Source: an uncultured Verrucomicrobiota bacterium | Lineage (GTDB): Bacteria > Verrucomicrobiota > Verrucomicrobiia > Opitutales > Opitutaceae | DNA: 40,695 nt | Direction of reading: 5' to 3' | NCBI GenBank assembly: GCA_903919625.1 | Contig: CAIXIZ010000108.1 | Span: 1-40,695 of the forward strand | Shown: one piece after another, positions 18,129-26,950 of the stretch | Layout: each line of letters starts with the position of its first letter | Position numbering within the stretch: position 1 is the first letter of the stretch | Translations under genes and position numbers: made by a program | Notes under the pieces: model-generated | Databases searched by the model: none | Seen by the model: only the letters and a program-made list of their open reading frames with translations | What the model was told of the DNA's origin: nothing

Positions 18129-19157
18129 TCAGGCGGCGGGCTTGGACATCACCCGCAGCCGCCCGCCGGCGGCGATCACCCGGCGGCGGAGCGCCAGCCG
18201 GAGCGTCTCGAGGCCGGTTCCGGTGAGACAGGAAATGCCCAGGACGGTGACTTTATGACGGCGTTTGAATTTGACGAGATTCGCCTTGGCGACCGGGAGG
18301 TCCAGCTTGTTGGCGACCACGATGCGGGGTTTTTTGAGCAGCGCGGGGTCATACAGCTTCAGCTCACGCAGGAGGGTGGCATAGTCCTCGCGCGGGTCGC
18401 GGTTGTCCGCGCCGGCCATGTCCACCAGAAGCATCAGCAGCGTGCAGCGCTCGATGTGCCGCAGGAAACGGTGGCCGAGGCCGCGGTTCTCGCTCGCGCC
18501 CGCGATGAGGCCGGGGACGTCGGCGAGCAGCAGCCGGTCGTAGGTCACGGGATATTCAATGACGCCGATCTGCGGGTGCAGCGTGGTGAAAGGATAGGCG
18601 GCGGTGCGCGGCCGGGCGCGCGTGATGCGCGTGGTGAGGGAGGACTTGCCGGCGTTGGGGAAACCCACGAGGCCGACATCCGCGATGCTCTTGAGCACGA
18701 GGCGGAATTCACCGCCCTCGCCCGGCTGCCCGGCGTTGGCCCGGCGCGGAGCCTGGTGCGTGGAAGATTTGAAATGGGTGTTGCCCCAGCCGCCGTTGCC
18801 GCCCTTGCACAGCACGATCCGCTGGCCGTCCTCGATGAGCTCGGCGACGACATGGCCGGTCGCCAGGTCGGTCACCACGGTGCCCAGCGGCAGCCGGAGC
18901 ACGCGCGTGTCGCCCTCGCGGCCGTTGCAGTCCTTGCCCATGCCGTGCTCGCCGCGCCCGGCCTTCCAGTGCGGCTGGAACTTGTAGTCCACGAGATTGT
19001 TGGTGTCGTCGTCGCCCAGCAGGACAATGTCGCCTCCGCGTCCGCCATCCCCGCCATTGGGGCCGCCCCACGGCTCGTATTTCTCGCGCCGAAAGCTCGC
19101 GCAGCCGCGCCCGCCCTCGCCCGCCTGGGCCTTGATCGTGCATTCATCGACAAACAT
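18129..19157 (-). CDS. obg: GTPase Obg/CgtA
   Basis: MFVDECTIKAQAGEGGRGCASFRREKYEPWGGPNGGDGGRGGD (Obg fold) from the ATG at 19157. G1 GFPNAGKSS, G3 DVPG, G4 NKLD. Confidence 0.9.
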   Translation of the reverse strand: MFVDECTIKAQAGEGGRGCASFRREKYEPWGGPNGGDGGRGGDIVLLGDDDTNNLVDYKFQPHWKAGRGEHGMGKDCNGREGDTRVLRLPLGTVVTDLATGHVVAELIEDGQRIVLCKGGNGGWGNTHFKSSTHQAPRRANAGQPGEGGEFRLVLKSIADVGLVGFPNAGKSSLTTRITRARPRTAAYPFTTLHPQIGVIEYPVTYDRLLLADVPGLIAGASENRGLGHRFLRHIERCTLLMLLVDMAGADNRDPREDYATLLRELKLYDPALLKKPRIVVANKLDLPVAKANLVKFKRRHKVTVLGISCLTGTGLETLRLALRRRVIAAGGRLRVMSKPAA

Positions 19158-19250
19158 GGCGCCCATGGTGCACAATCCGGTCCGCTTGCCAAGGACGCGC
19201 TGCGGGAAAGAAAACGGCCGGCCCGGCGGAGCCGTTGGCCGGCCGGCGGC

Positions 19251-20678
19251 TTACAGCAGCCGGCCCGGCCGGTAGCTGGCGGCACCCGGCACCCGGCGGG
19301 CGAGCGGGGCGGCCGCGCGGGCGAAGGCCTCGGCCTGCTGCGGGGCTGCCCCGACGAAACGTTTCGCGTCCCGCAAGATCGCCGAGAGCTTCGCGCGCGG
19401 GAGGCCGAGCCGCCCGTCAGTAGCGAGGCGGGCGACCAAATCGGCATCGCCGCCTTCGCGCAGCGCGCGCGCGGCGGCCAGGGCATGCTCCTTGATCGCG
19501 GCATGCGCGGTCTCGCGGCCCGCGCCCGCCTTCACCGCCTCCATCATGATGGTGGTGGTGGCGAGGAACGGCAGGTGGCGCGCATTTTCGGCGGCGATGG
19601 CGGCGGGAAAAATGTCCATCTGCGCCAGCACGGTGAGAAATGTCTCCAGCAGACCGTCGAGCGCGAGGAACGCGTCGGGCAGCGCCACACGGCGGACCAC
19701 CGAGCACGACACATCGCCTTCGTTCCACTGGTGGCCGGCGAGCGCGGCGGTCATGGCGACATGGCCCGCCAGCACGGTCGAGAGGCCGCAGACGCGCTCG
19801 CAGTTGCGCGCGTTGACCTTGTGGGGCATGGCGGACGACCCCACCTGGCCGGGCTGAAATCCCTCGGTCAGCAGACCCTGGCCGGCCATGAGCCGCAGCG
19901 TGGTGGCAAAGCTCGCCGCCGCCGCGCCGACCTGGTGGAGCGCGCTCACCACCTCAAAGTCGAGCGAGCGCGGGTACACCTGCCCCACCGCGCCCAGCGC
20001 GCAGCGGAAGCCCAGGTGCCTGAGCACGCGCTGTTCGAGCCGCGCGACCTTGGCCAGGTCGCCGCCGAGCAGCGTGAGCTGGTCGAGCTGCGTGCCGACG
20101 GCTCCCTTGAGCCCGCGCACCGGATAGCGCCCGGTCAGCTCGTCCAGGTGGGTGAAGGCGGCCAGCAGTTCCTCGCCGAACATCGCGAAGCGCTTGCCCA
20201 GGGTGGTGGGCTGCGCGGGGACATTGTGCGTGCGGCCGGTGAGCATGAGCGCGCGGTACTGCCGGGCGCGTTTCGCCAGGGCGAGCAGCGCGGCGGCGGA
20301 TTTCAGGCGCACCACGCCCAGGGCGCGGGCCACCTGGAGCTGCTCCACGTTTTCGGTCAGGTCGCGCGACGTGAGGCCGAGGTGGATGGATTCGCGGCCG
20401 GCGAGGGCGTTGAACTCCTCAATGCGTGCTTTCACGTCATGCAGGGTGACGCGCTCCCGGGCGGCGATGCGCGCGAGGTTCACGCGTCCCTTCACGCGTT
20501 CGTAGTCGGCGATGGCGGCGGCGGGAATGGCGAGCCCGAGGTCGCGCTGCGCGCGCATGATCGCGAGCCAGAAATCGCGCTCCAGCGCGACCCGGCCGGC
20601 GGGCGACCAGAGGCCGCGCATGGCCGGTGACGCATAGCGTTCGGCGAGAACGTTGGGGATGGAGTCGGGCTTGGGCAT
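19251..20678 (-). CDS. purB: Adenylosuccinate lyase
   Basis: The start is the internal ATG at 20678 (MPKPDSIPNVLAERYASPAMRGLWSP...). Fumarate-lyase signature GSSAMPHKVN. The 636-aa ORF in the track is an N-terminal over-extension into holA. Confidence 0.9.
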   Translation of the reverse strand: MPKPDSIPNVLAERYASPAMRGLWSPAGRVALERDFWLAIMRAQRDLGLAIPAAAIADYERVKGRVNLARIAARERVTLHDVKARIEEFNALAGRESIHLGLTSRDLTENVEQLQVARALGVVRLKSAAALLALAKRARQYRALMLTGRTHNVPAQPTTLGKRFAMFGEELLAAFTHLDELTGRYPVRGLKGAVGTQLDQLTLLGGDLAKVARLEQRVLRHLGFRCALGAVGQVYPRSLDFEVVSALHQVGAAAASFATTLRLMAGQGLLTEGFQPGQVGSSAMPHKVNARNCERVCGLSTVLAGHVAMTAALAGHQWNEGDVSCSVVRRVALPDAFLALDGLLETFLTVLAQMDIFPAAIAAENARHLPFLATTTIMMEAVKAGAGRETAHAAIKEHALAAARALREGGDADLVARLATDGRLGLPRAKLSAILRDAKRFVGAAPQQAEAFARAAAPLARRVPGAASYRPGRLL

Positions 20679-20697
20679 GGCGGCAGTGTTGCGGCAA

Positions 20698-21804
20698 TTA
20701 TGCGCCCGGCGCAAGGCAGCGCACGGCGAGGTCGCGGAGCACTTCCGCCTGCCCGTGGGGCCGGGCGACAATCTCCTCAAACGCCGCCACCAGCTCCTGC
20801 TGGTTGTCGATGAGGCGGCGGAGCGCGGGGAGTTTCGTGCCGGCGGCCAGCTTGCCCAGATACCACGGGTTCTGGCTGAACACATTGTAGCCGCTCTTCT
20901 CCATGGCACCGGTGAAATGCCGGCCATAGGCCGCCTGCGCACGGGGCAGGCCATCGAGCCCCCGCGGGCCCGCGCGGACTTCGCCGCTGTCGAGCAGCGC
21001 CCGGATTTGCAGCAGCAGGCGGTTGCGGCTTTGCAGGGAGCTGATGACCGGCCGCGCATCACCGCCAGTGAAGAAATGCCGTTCCAGCGCCGCGAGCGTC
21101 CACCGCAGGTCACCGCTAAAAAACGCCTCCGCCGCCTCGAAGAAGTCCCCCTCGGCGACATTGGGCGTGAGCTCGGCGACCTGGGCTTCGGTGATCGCCG
21201 CGCCCTCGCCGGCGTAGGCGGCGAGCTTGTGCGTCTCGGCGATCAGCAGCCTGGTATTAGCGCCGATCCGGGCGAGCAGGAGCTGGAGCGCGTCGGGCTC
21301 AAACGTGACAGCCAGCGCCCGCGCTTCGGCCAGCACGACCCCCGCCAGCGCCTCACCCGTGCTGTCGCCGTCGCCGACCACCGTGCAATCGGCATTTTTT
21401 TCGCACCATTTGGGAAATGACCGGCGGCGGTCCACCGGCGCCGCCGTGATGAGCAGGGCGGTTTCGGCCGGATTGGTTTTTTCCAGCACCTGCTGCAGAT
21501 CTTCGACGAGCTGGAGCGTGCCTTCGGCCCGGCCGGTCACGGTGTCGGCCAGGAAACTCACATCCTTGAGCCAGACCACCCGCCGCCCGCCAAACAATGG
21601 CACTGTCTGCACGCTTTCGCGCAGCCGGTTTACGACCGCCGCGACTTCGCCCACATTGCCGGCAAAACCGCTGATGATTTCCCGGGAAAAGTCATCGGCC
21701 CCGGCCTCGGCGACCAACGTCTCAAACCGCTCCTTGCCCAGACGACCGACCAGGAAATCGTCGGCTCCGCAGATGAAAGTAAAGGATTTGGCGGCAACAG
21801 GCAT
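20698..21804 (-). CDS. holA: DNA polymerase III delta subunit-like
   Basis: ATG at 21804. FTFICGADDFLV...VPLFGGRRVVWLKDVSF matches the delta N-terminal pattern, and the length (about 368 aa) is compatible. Confidence 0.6.
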   Translation of the reverse strand: MPVAAKSFTFICGADDFLVGRLGKERFETLVAEAGADDFSREIISGFAGNVGEVAAVVNRLRESVQTVPLFGGRRVVWLKDVSFLADTVTGRAEGTLQLVEDLQQVLEKTNPAETALLITAAPVDRRRSFPKWCEKNADCTVVGDGDSTGEALAGVVLAEARALAVTFEPDALQLLLARIGANTRLLIAETHKLAAYAGEGAAITEAQVAELTPNVAEGDFFEAAEAFFSGDLRWTLAALERHFFTGGDARPVISSLQSRNRLLLQIRALLDSGEVRAGPRGLDGLPRAQAAYGRHFTGAMEKSGYNVFSQNPWYLGKLAAGTKLPALRRLIDNQQELVAAFEEIVARPHGQAEVLRDLAVRCLAPGA

Positions 21805-21865
21805 CGGGAACACCTTGTCGGCCAACCGGCGGCGGAACAAGCGCGAAGCGCGGGCAGACCCGCAG

Positions 21866-21950
21866 GATATAACTCTGGGTTAAAATGTCATTTATGTTTT
21901 ATCATCAATTACATAAAATATTTAGACTTCCGGCACAGGAAGTTAATTCC
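21866..21950. promoter_or_regulatory. AT-rich divergent promoter region between holA and mlaE
   Basis: ATATAACTCTGGGTTAAAATGTCATTTATGTTTTATCATCAATTACATAAAATATTTAGA is a sharp AT island in a high-GC genome. It contains several TAnAAT-like hexamers and an inverted repeat CTTCC-N6-GGAAG (21927-21942). Confidence 0.35.
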
Positions 21951-21996
21951 CGCCCTTGCTTCCGTTGGCACAACGCTTCACGTTGGCCAGCGTAAC

Positions 21997-22779
21997 ATGC
22001 TGCAAACGCTTGGCCGCACCTCTCTTGCTGTCGTCGGTGAACTGGGGGACTTCGCCCTTTTCGCCGGGCAGTCCTTCTCGTCGGCGGTAGGCTCGCGCAA
22101 GCTCGGGCGGCGCATCGTCCGGGCGCTTTACGAGCAGGGGGTCAGGTGTCTGCCGGTCATCCTGATCGTGGGGCTCTTCACCGGCCTCGTGCTCGGTCTC
22201 CAGGGCTACTATGTGCTCAACCGCTACGGCTCGACCAGCGTGCTGGGCGAGCTGGTGGCGCTCACGCTGGTGCGTGAGCTCGGGCCGGTGCTCGCGGCGC
22301 TCATGCTGGTCGGCCAGGCCGGCTCGGCGCTCGCCGCCGAGCTGGGCATCCAGCGGAACAGCGAGCAGATCGCCGCGCTCGAGACGATGGGGGCCAGTCC
22401 GCACGCCTATCTCGTCGCGCCGCGGCTCATCGCGGCGGCGCTGTCGTTTCCGATCCAGACGGCATTTTTCTCCCTCGTGGGCATCTGGGGCGGGTTTCTC
22501 TCCGGTTCGCTGCTGCTGCCGTTGTCGGGCGGCGTCTACTGGTCTTCCGTACATCTCGCGGTCCGGTCGCCCGACGTGCGCGAGTGTTTTCTCAAGGCGG
22601 TCGTTTTCGGCCTGCTGACGACTGCCATCTGCGCGCATAACGGCTACAACACCCACCGCCGCAGCCGCGCCACCGGCGCCCGCGCGGTGAGCGCCTCGAC
22701 CACCCGCGCCGTCGTCCTGTCGAGCATTGCAGTGCTCGCGGCCGACTATCTGATCACCTCTCTGCTCGTCGGAACATGA
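21997..22779 (+). CDS. mlaE: MlaE-type ABC transporter permease
   Basis: 260-aa polytopic protein with the MlaE/YrbE pattern (GPVLAALMLVGQAGSALAAELG...MGASP). It is first in a five-gene operon with 4-nt ATGA overlaps. Confidence 0.85.
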   Translation: MLQTLGRTSLAVVGELGDFALFAGQSFSSAVGSRKLGRRIVRALYEQGVRCLPVILIVGLFTGLVLGLQGYYVLNRYGSTSVLGELVALTLVRELGPVLAALMLVGQAGSALAAELGIQRNSEQIAALETMGASPHAYLVAPRLIAAALSFPIQTAFFSLVGIWGGFLSGSLLLPLSGGVYWSSVHLAVRSPDVRECFLKAVVFGLLTTAICAHNGYNTHRRSRATGARAVSASTTRAVVLSSIAVLAADYLITSLLVGT

Positions 22780-23606
22780 CCGTCCCCGCCTCAGCTCCCG
22801 CGGCTTCCGGCGAACTGTTCCTCGCCGTGCGCGGCATTGCGAAACGTTTTGGCGAGAATGCCGTGCTGGCCGGCGTGGACCTCGTGGTGCCGCGCGGGAG
22901 CGTCGTCACCGTGCTGGGCAAGAGCGGCACCGGCAAATCTGTCTTCCTGAAATGTCTCGCCGGCATTGTCACCCCCGACGCGGGCGAGATCCGCTTCGAC
23001 GGCCGGGCGCTCGACACCGGCAATGCCGTGGCGAGCGCGGAGTTTCGCCGCCGGTGCAGCTACCTGTTCCAAAGCAATGCGCTCTTTGACTCGCTCACCG
23101 CGCTGGAAAATGTCGCCCTGCCCCTGGAACAGACGACCCAGGTGCCGAACGCCGAGATCCGCGCCCGCTGCCTGGAGGCCCTGCGTCAGCTCGAGCTCGA
23201 CCGCCATCGTGACGTCTATCCGGGCCAGCTTTCCGGCGGCATGCAGAAACGCCTCGCGCTCGCCCGCGCCATCGTCACGCGGCCCGAACTCGTGCTGTTT
23301 GACGAGCCGACCGCCGGCCTCGACCCGCTGCGCCGCAACTCGGTCTTTGAGATGATCGCGAAATACCAGCGGCAGTTCGGCTTCACCGCGGTGCTGGTCA
23401 CCCACGATGTGCCCGAGGCGCTCGCGGTGAGCGACCGCATCGCGCTGCTCGACAGCGGCCGCATGCGGTTCCAGGGCACCCCGGCGGAATTCGCAGCCTC
23501 GGCCGACGTCGCGGTGCACGCTTTTCGGGACAGCGCCAGCGCCCTGCGCGACACCATCGCCGCCGTGCGCCGGGGCGAGGCTCTGCCCTCGGAGGACTTA
23601 CCATGA
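22776..23606 (+). CDS. mlaF: MlaF-type ABC transporter ATP-binding protein
   Basis: Walker A GKSGTGKS, signature LSGGMQKRLALARA, Walker B LVLFDEPTAGLD. Confidence 0.9.
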   Translation: MTVPASAPAASGELFLAVRGIAKRFGENAVLAGVDLVVPRGSVVTVLGKSGTGKSVFLKCLAGIVTPDAGEIRFDGRALDTGNAVASAEFRRRCSYLFQSNALFDSLTALENVALPLEQTTQVPNAEIRARCLEALRQLELDRHRDVYPGQLSGGMQKRLALARAIVTRPELVLFDEPTAGLDPLRRNSVFEMIAKYQRQFGFTAVLVTHDVPEALAVSDRIALLDSGRMRFQGTPAEFAASADVAVHAFRDSASALRDTIAAVRRGEALPSEDLP

Positions 23607-24079
23607 AACAACAGACCAAACTCGAACTCGTCGTCGGCGTCTTCGTCGCCCTCGGCCTTGCCGCTGTCGCCTGGCTCGCGCTCAAGACCGGTGCCGGCGC
23701 CCTCGTCGGCCGCGACAGCTACACCGTGACCGCCGAGTTTGCCAACACCGGCAGCCTCAACCCCGGCTGCAATGTCCTCATCGCCGGCGTCCCCGTCGGC
23801 CGGGTGGACAAGGTGGAGCTCAACCCGAAAAACTACCGCGCGGTCGTCAGCCTTCGCCTCGAAAATTCGGTCCGGCTCCCGACCGATTCCATCGCCTCGG
23901 TCAAAACCGCCGGGCTCATCGGCGACAAATACATTGCGATTGCGCCCGGCGGGGACCCCGCCATGGTCGCGCCGGGCGGAAAAATTCTCGAAACCGAATC
24001 CGATGTGGACATCGCCTCCCTCATCAGCCGCTTCGCGTTCGGCTCCGTGCAAAGCCCCCCCACCAACGACAAAAAATGA
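23603..24079 (+). CDS. mlaD: MlaD (MCE-domain) protein
   Basis: N-terminal TM segment (ELVVGVFVALGLAAVAWLAL) followed by an MCE domain (V.IAGVPVGRVDKVEL...). 158 aa. Confidence 0.85.
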   Translation: MKQQTKLELVVGVFVALGLAAVAWLALKTGAGALVGRDSYTVTAEFANTGSLNPGCNVLIAGVPVGRVDKVELNPKNYRAVVSLRLENSVRLPTDSIASVKTAGLIGDKYIAIAPGGDPAMVAPGGKILETESDVDIASLISRFAFGSVQSPPTNDKK

Positions 24080-24768
24080 AACTGTCTTCGCCCTTGCCTG
24101 CCTCACCCCCGGACCGTCCTGGAACATGCCGGATGGGGGCGCTTGCCCTCCTCGTGCTCCTCGCCGGCGCCCGGGCCGGTGGAGCCGCGACACCGGCGCC
24201 ACCGCCGCCGGCGGTGGCCGCAACCGACCCCCAGGCCATGCTCCGCACCGCCATCGACGACGTGCTCGCCATCGCCTATCCCGAAAAGCCTGCGGCCGAC
24301 CAGCCTGCTCCCGCTTCGCTCGTCACCCGCCTGCGTCCCTTGCTGGAGAAATCCTTCAGCTTCGACCTGCTCACCCGCAGCGCCGTGGGTCCCGGCTGGA
24401 GCCAGATCAAACCCGAGGACCAAAAACGGCTGACCAGTTTGTTTACCGATGTGGTCATCCGCACCTACGCCGACAAGTTTGAACCCGGCGACCGGCCCAA
24501 AATTTCCTACGGCAAACCGGTCGAGATCGACGCCAACCGGCGCGATCTGCCCACCACCATCACCTACGCCGGCAAGACTTATGCGGTCACCTACACCGTC
24601 AGGCAGCTGCCCGAAGGCTGGCGGATCTACAACGTGAACATCGAGGGCGTGAGCATGGTGGCCAACTACCGCGCCCAGTTTGACCCCCTCTTCCAAAAGG
24701 GCGGCGGCGCCGCCATCATTGCCGCGCTCGAGAAAAATCTCGCGGATTTTGCCACCACCCAAAAATGA
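24076..24768 (+). CDS. mlaC: MlaC (Ttg2D/toluene-tolerance) periplasmic phospholipid-binding protein
   Basis: Signal peptide. FDLLTRSAVGPGWSQIKPEDQKRLTSLFTDVVIRTYADKF and WRIYNVNIEGVSMVANYRAQF are typical of MlaC. Confidence 0.8.
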   Translation: MKLSSPLPASPPDRPGTCRMGALALLVLLAGARAGGAATPAPPPPAVAATDPQAMLRTAIDDVLAIAYPEKPAADQPAPASLVTRLRPLLEKSFSFDLLTRSAVGPGWSQIKPEDQKRLTSLFTDVVIRTYADKFEPGDRPKISYGKPVEIDANRRDLPTTITYAGKTYAVTYTVRQLPEGWRIYNVNIEGVSMVANYRAQFDPLFQKGGGAAIIAALEKNLADFATTQK

Positions 24769-25517
24769 AGCTCCTCCTCCGTTTCGCCCTGCCGTGGGCT
24801 CTCCTCCTTGCCCTTTGCGCCACCACCGCCGCAGCGCAGGCCGTGGCACCACCCGTCGCCGCCGAGCCCGACGAGTTTGCCCTGCCGCCGGTTTCCGACC
24901 CGTTCGAACCCGTCAATCGCGCCCTCTTCACTTTCAACGACCGTTTCTATGCCTTTGTGCTTCGTCCGGTTGCGCACGGGTATGTGCGTGCCACGCCGCC
25001 GCCGGTACAGCACGGTCTCGCCAATTTTTTTGACAATCTCAGGTTCCCGGTCCGCTTTGCCGGCGACGTGCTGGCGGGCCGGCCCAACCGTGCGGTCAAG
25101 GAAGCGGAAAAATTCCTGATCAATTCCACCGCCGGGTTCGTCGGACTGGTAAAGGTCTCCGATTCCGTCCCCGCGCTGCAAGACGTGCCGCCCGGCGGCA
25201 TCGGGACCGCGCTCGCCACCTGGGGCATCGGGCCCGGTCCGTACATCGTGCTGCCCCTGCTCGGCGCCAGTGACACCCGCGACACGGTCGGACTGGCGGG
25301 TGACGCCTACCTGATGCCCACCACCTGGCTGACCCGGGTGCATCCCAACAATTACGGCCCGTCAGATCTGAAGGAGCTGCCGCCGGTGATCGACGTCATT
25401 CAAAACAGTCCGGAACTGCTGAAAACCTACGACGACTTCCTCAAGTCCGCCGTGGATCCCTATCTGGCCGTCCGTGACGGCTACCTGCAATTCCGTGCGG
25501 CGGCGGTGAAAAAATAG
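24765..25517 (+). CDS. mlaA: MlaA/VacJ family outer-membrane lipoprotein
   Basis: Signal peptide. DPFEPVNRALFTFNDRFY and GPYIVLPLLGASDTRD are VacJ motifs. Confidence 0.85.
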   Translation: MKLLLRFALPWALLLALCATTAAAQAVAPPVAAEPDEFALPPVSDPFEPVNRALFTFNDRFYAFVLRPVAHGYVRATPPPVQHGLANFFDNLRFPVRFAGDVLAGRPNRAVKEAEKFLINSTAGFVGLVKVSDSVPALQDVPPGGIGTALATWGIGPGPYIVLPLLGASDTRDTVGLAGDAYLMPTTWLTRVHPNNYGPSDLKELPPVIDVIQNSPELLKTYDDFLKSAVDPYLAVRDGYLQFRAAAVKK

Positions 25518-25548
25518 CCGCCGTTCTGCGCTGCTTTCCGGTAACACC

Positions 25549-26124
25549 ATGCGTATCAGCGGCGGAGTTGCCCGGGGAGTCCCGCTGGTGGTGCCCAAAG
25601 GTGATGCCGTCCGTCCGGCCACCGACGGCCTGCGGCAGGCCGTGTTTTCGAGCCTGGCGGCGCGTCTGCCGGACGCACGCTTTGCGGACTTGTTTGCCGG
25701 CAGCGGCGCCTATGGGCTGGAGGCGCTCAGCCGGGGTGCGGCGGGCGGTGAGTGGGTGGAAAGAAACGCCAGGGCCGCGCGGTGCCTCCGCCAAAACCTC
25801 GCCGCCGTCTGCAAAAGCCTCGGTCGCGACGGACGCGACCTCGCCGTGCACGAGATGGACGTGATCAGCTGGCAACCGCTGGCGGGGGCGGAGCCGGACC
25901 TGGTCTTCATTGACCCGCCATACGAGAGCATCGCGGACCTTGCCCCAAAACTTTTTGCCCGGCTGACCGGGTTGCTGAGGACGAGGCCCGATGCGCTGGT
26001 CGTGTTCGAGCTGCCGGGCGAAATCGTACTCGAGCCTCCGGGCTGGACGTGCGTGAAACGCCTGGGCAAAGGCGCGCACCAGCCGACGGCGGCATTTTTC
26101 AGCCCAACCCCGGCTGCGCCTTGA
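25549..26124 (+). CDS. rsmD: 16S rRNA (guanine966-N2)-methyltransferase RsmD
   Basis: MRISGGVARGVPLVVPKGDAVRPATDGLRQAVFSSL, the SAM motif DLFAGSGAYGLEALSRGA, and the DPPY motif (FIDPPY). Confidence 0.8.
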   Translation: MRISGGVARGVPLVVPKGDAVRPATDGLRQAVFSSLAARLPDARFADLFAGSGAYGLEALSRGAAGGEWVERNARAARCLRQNLAAVCKSLGRDGRDLAVHEMDVISWQPLAGAEPDLVFIDPPYESIADLAPKLFARLTGLLRTRPDALVVFELPGEIVLEPPGWTCVKRLGKGAHQPTAAFFSPTPAAP

Positions 26125-26836
26125 GCAGGGCGACGGCAGCGACCACCGCTGTCTCCGTGCGCAGCGGCCGTGGGCCAAGCTGCACCAGCGCAAAGCCATG
26201 GGCGCGCAGCAGTTGGCGGTCCTCCCTTCCCCACCCGCGTTCCGGGCCGAACGCCAGCACCACCGGCGGAACGTTTTCAGAGGCAGTATAACCTATTGGG
26301 TTACACTTTCCGAAGGAGGTGGAGGCCTCATAGTTGTCCAGCGCGAGACGCACGCTGCTGGCAGGCAGGGCGGCCAGCGCAGCGGCAAGCGGGCGGTCCC
26401 AGGTGACGGCGGGCAGGCGCGTGTCAAAGGCCTGGGCGGCACCGGCAAGGACGTGGCGCCGCCATTCGCCGGTGGTCCAGAGGGTGCTGTGCGCGTAGTT
26501 GCGCTCGGATTTCTCGGTCGCGACGAAATGCAGCGCGGCCACGCCCAGCGTGGTGGCATCGCGCAACAGGTCGCGGGCGGTCTGCGGACGCGGCAGACCG
26601 ATGAGGAGGGTGAGATCAGGCAGCGGCGGCGGCAGGTCACCCCAAGCAAATGTCAGCGTGAGCGCCTCCGACCCGATGGCGGTCAGCGTGCCTTTGCCGC
26701 GCGGGCCGTTGACGAGGCCGGCATCAAAGGTGTCACCCTCGCGCCGGCGCAGCACGTCAAGCAGGTGTCGCGCGCGCGGATCCGCGCGGGGGAGCGGGCG
26801 GGTGGCTTCGGGTGGCTCGAAAAGGATGAGGTTCAC
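26099..26836 (-). CDS. rsmE: 16S rRNA (uracil1498-N3)-methyltransferase RsmE
   Basis: GTG start at 26836. The C-terminal FGPERGW...LGPRPLRTETA matches the RsmE GPEGG...LG.R.LR.ET block. It overlaps the rsmD 3' end by 26 nt. Confidence 0.8.
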   Translation of the reverse strand: MNLILFEPPEATRPLPRADPRARHLLDVLRRREGDTFDAGLVNGPRGKGTLTAIGSEALTLTFAWGDLPPPLPDLTLLIGLPRPQTARDLLRDATTLGVAALHFVATEKSERNYAHSTLWTTGEWRRHVLAGAAQAFDTRLPAVTWDRPLAAALAALPASSVRLALDNYEASTSFGKCNPIGYTASENVPPVVLAFGPERGWGREDRQLLRAHGFALVQLGPRPLRTETAVVAAVALLKAQPGLG

Positions 26837-26950
26837 GGGACAGGATTCCGCTTCTTTCCCCCCAGTCTTGCGCTTGCGGCAGGAAGCAGGTGACGGCCGG
26901 ACCGGGCTCCAGGCGGATGAGCAAGATCGGGGGGGATGATGCGCCAGGGC

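Noticed and set aside
15706-18258. 850-aa ORF on the plus strand
   Set aside because: It is entirely antisense to gspE, the small T2SSE_N-like gene and obg, all of which have clear family motifs. The translation is Arg/Gly/Ala/Leu-rich low-information sequence, typical of stop-free antisense frames in high-GC DNA.
18255-20630. 791-aa ORF on the plus strand
   Set aside because: It is antisense to obg and purB, has no recognisable motifs and is a high-GC artefact.
20679-21161. N-terminal 161-codon extension of the purB ORF (track ORF 19251..21161)
   Set aside because: The extension overlaps holA out of frame and is Arg/Ser-rich. The conserved PurB N-terminus begins at the ATG at 20678.
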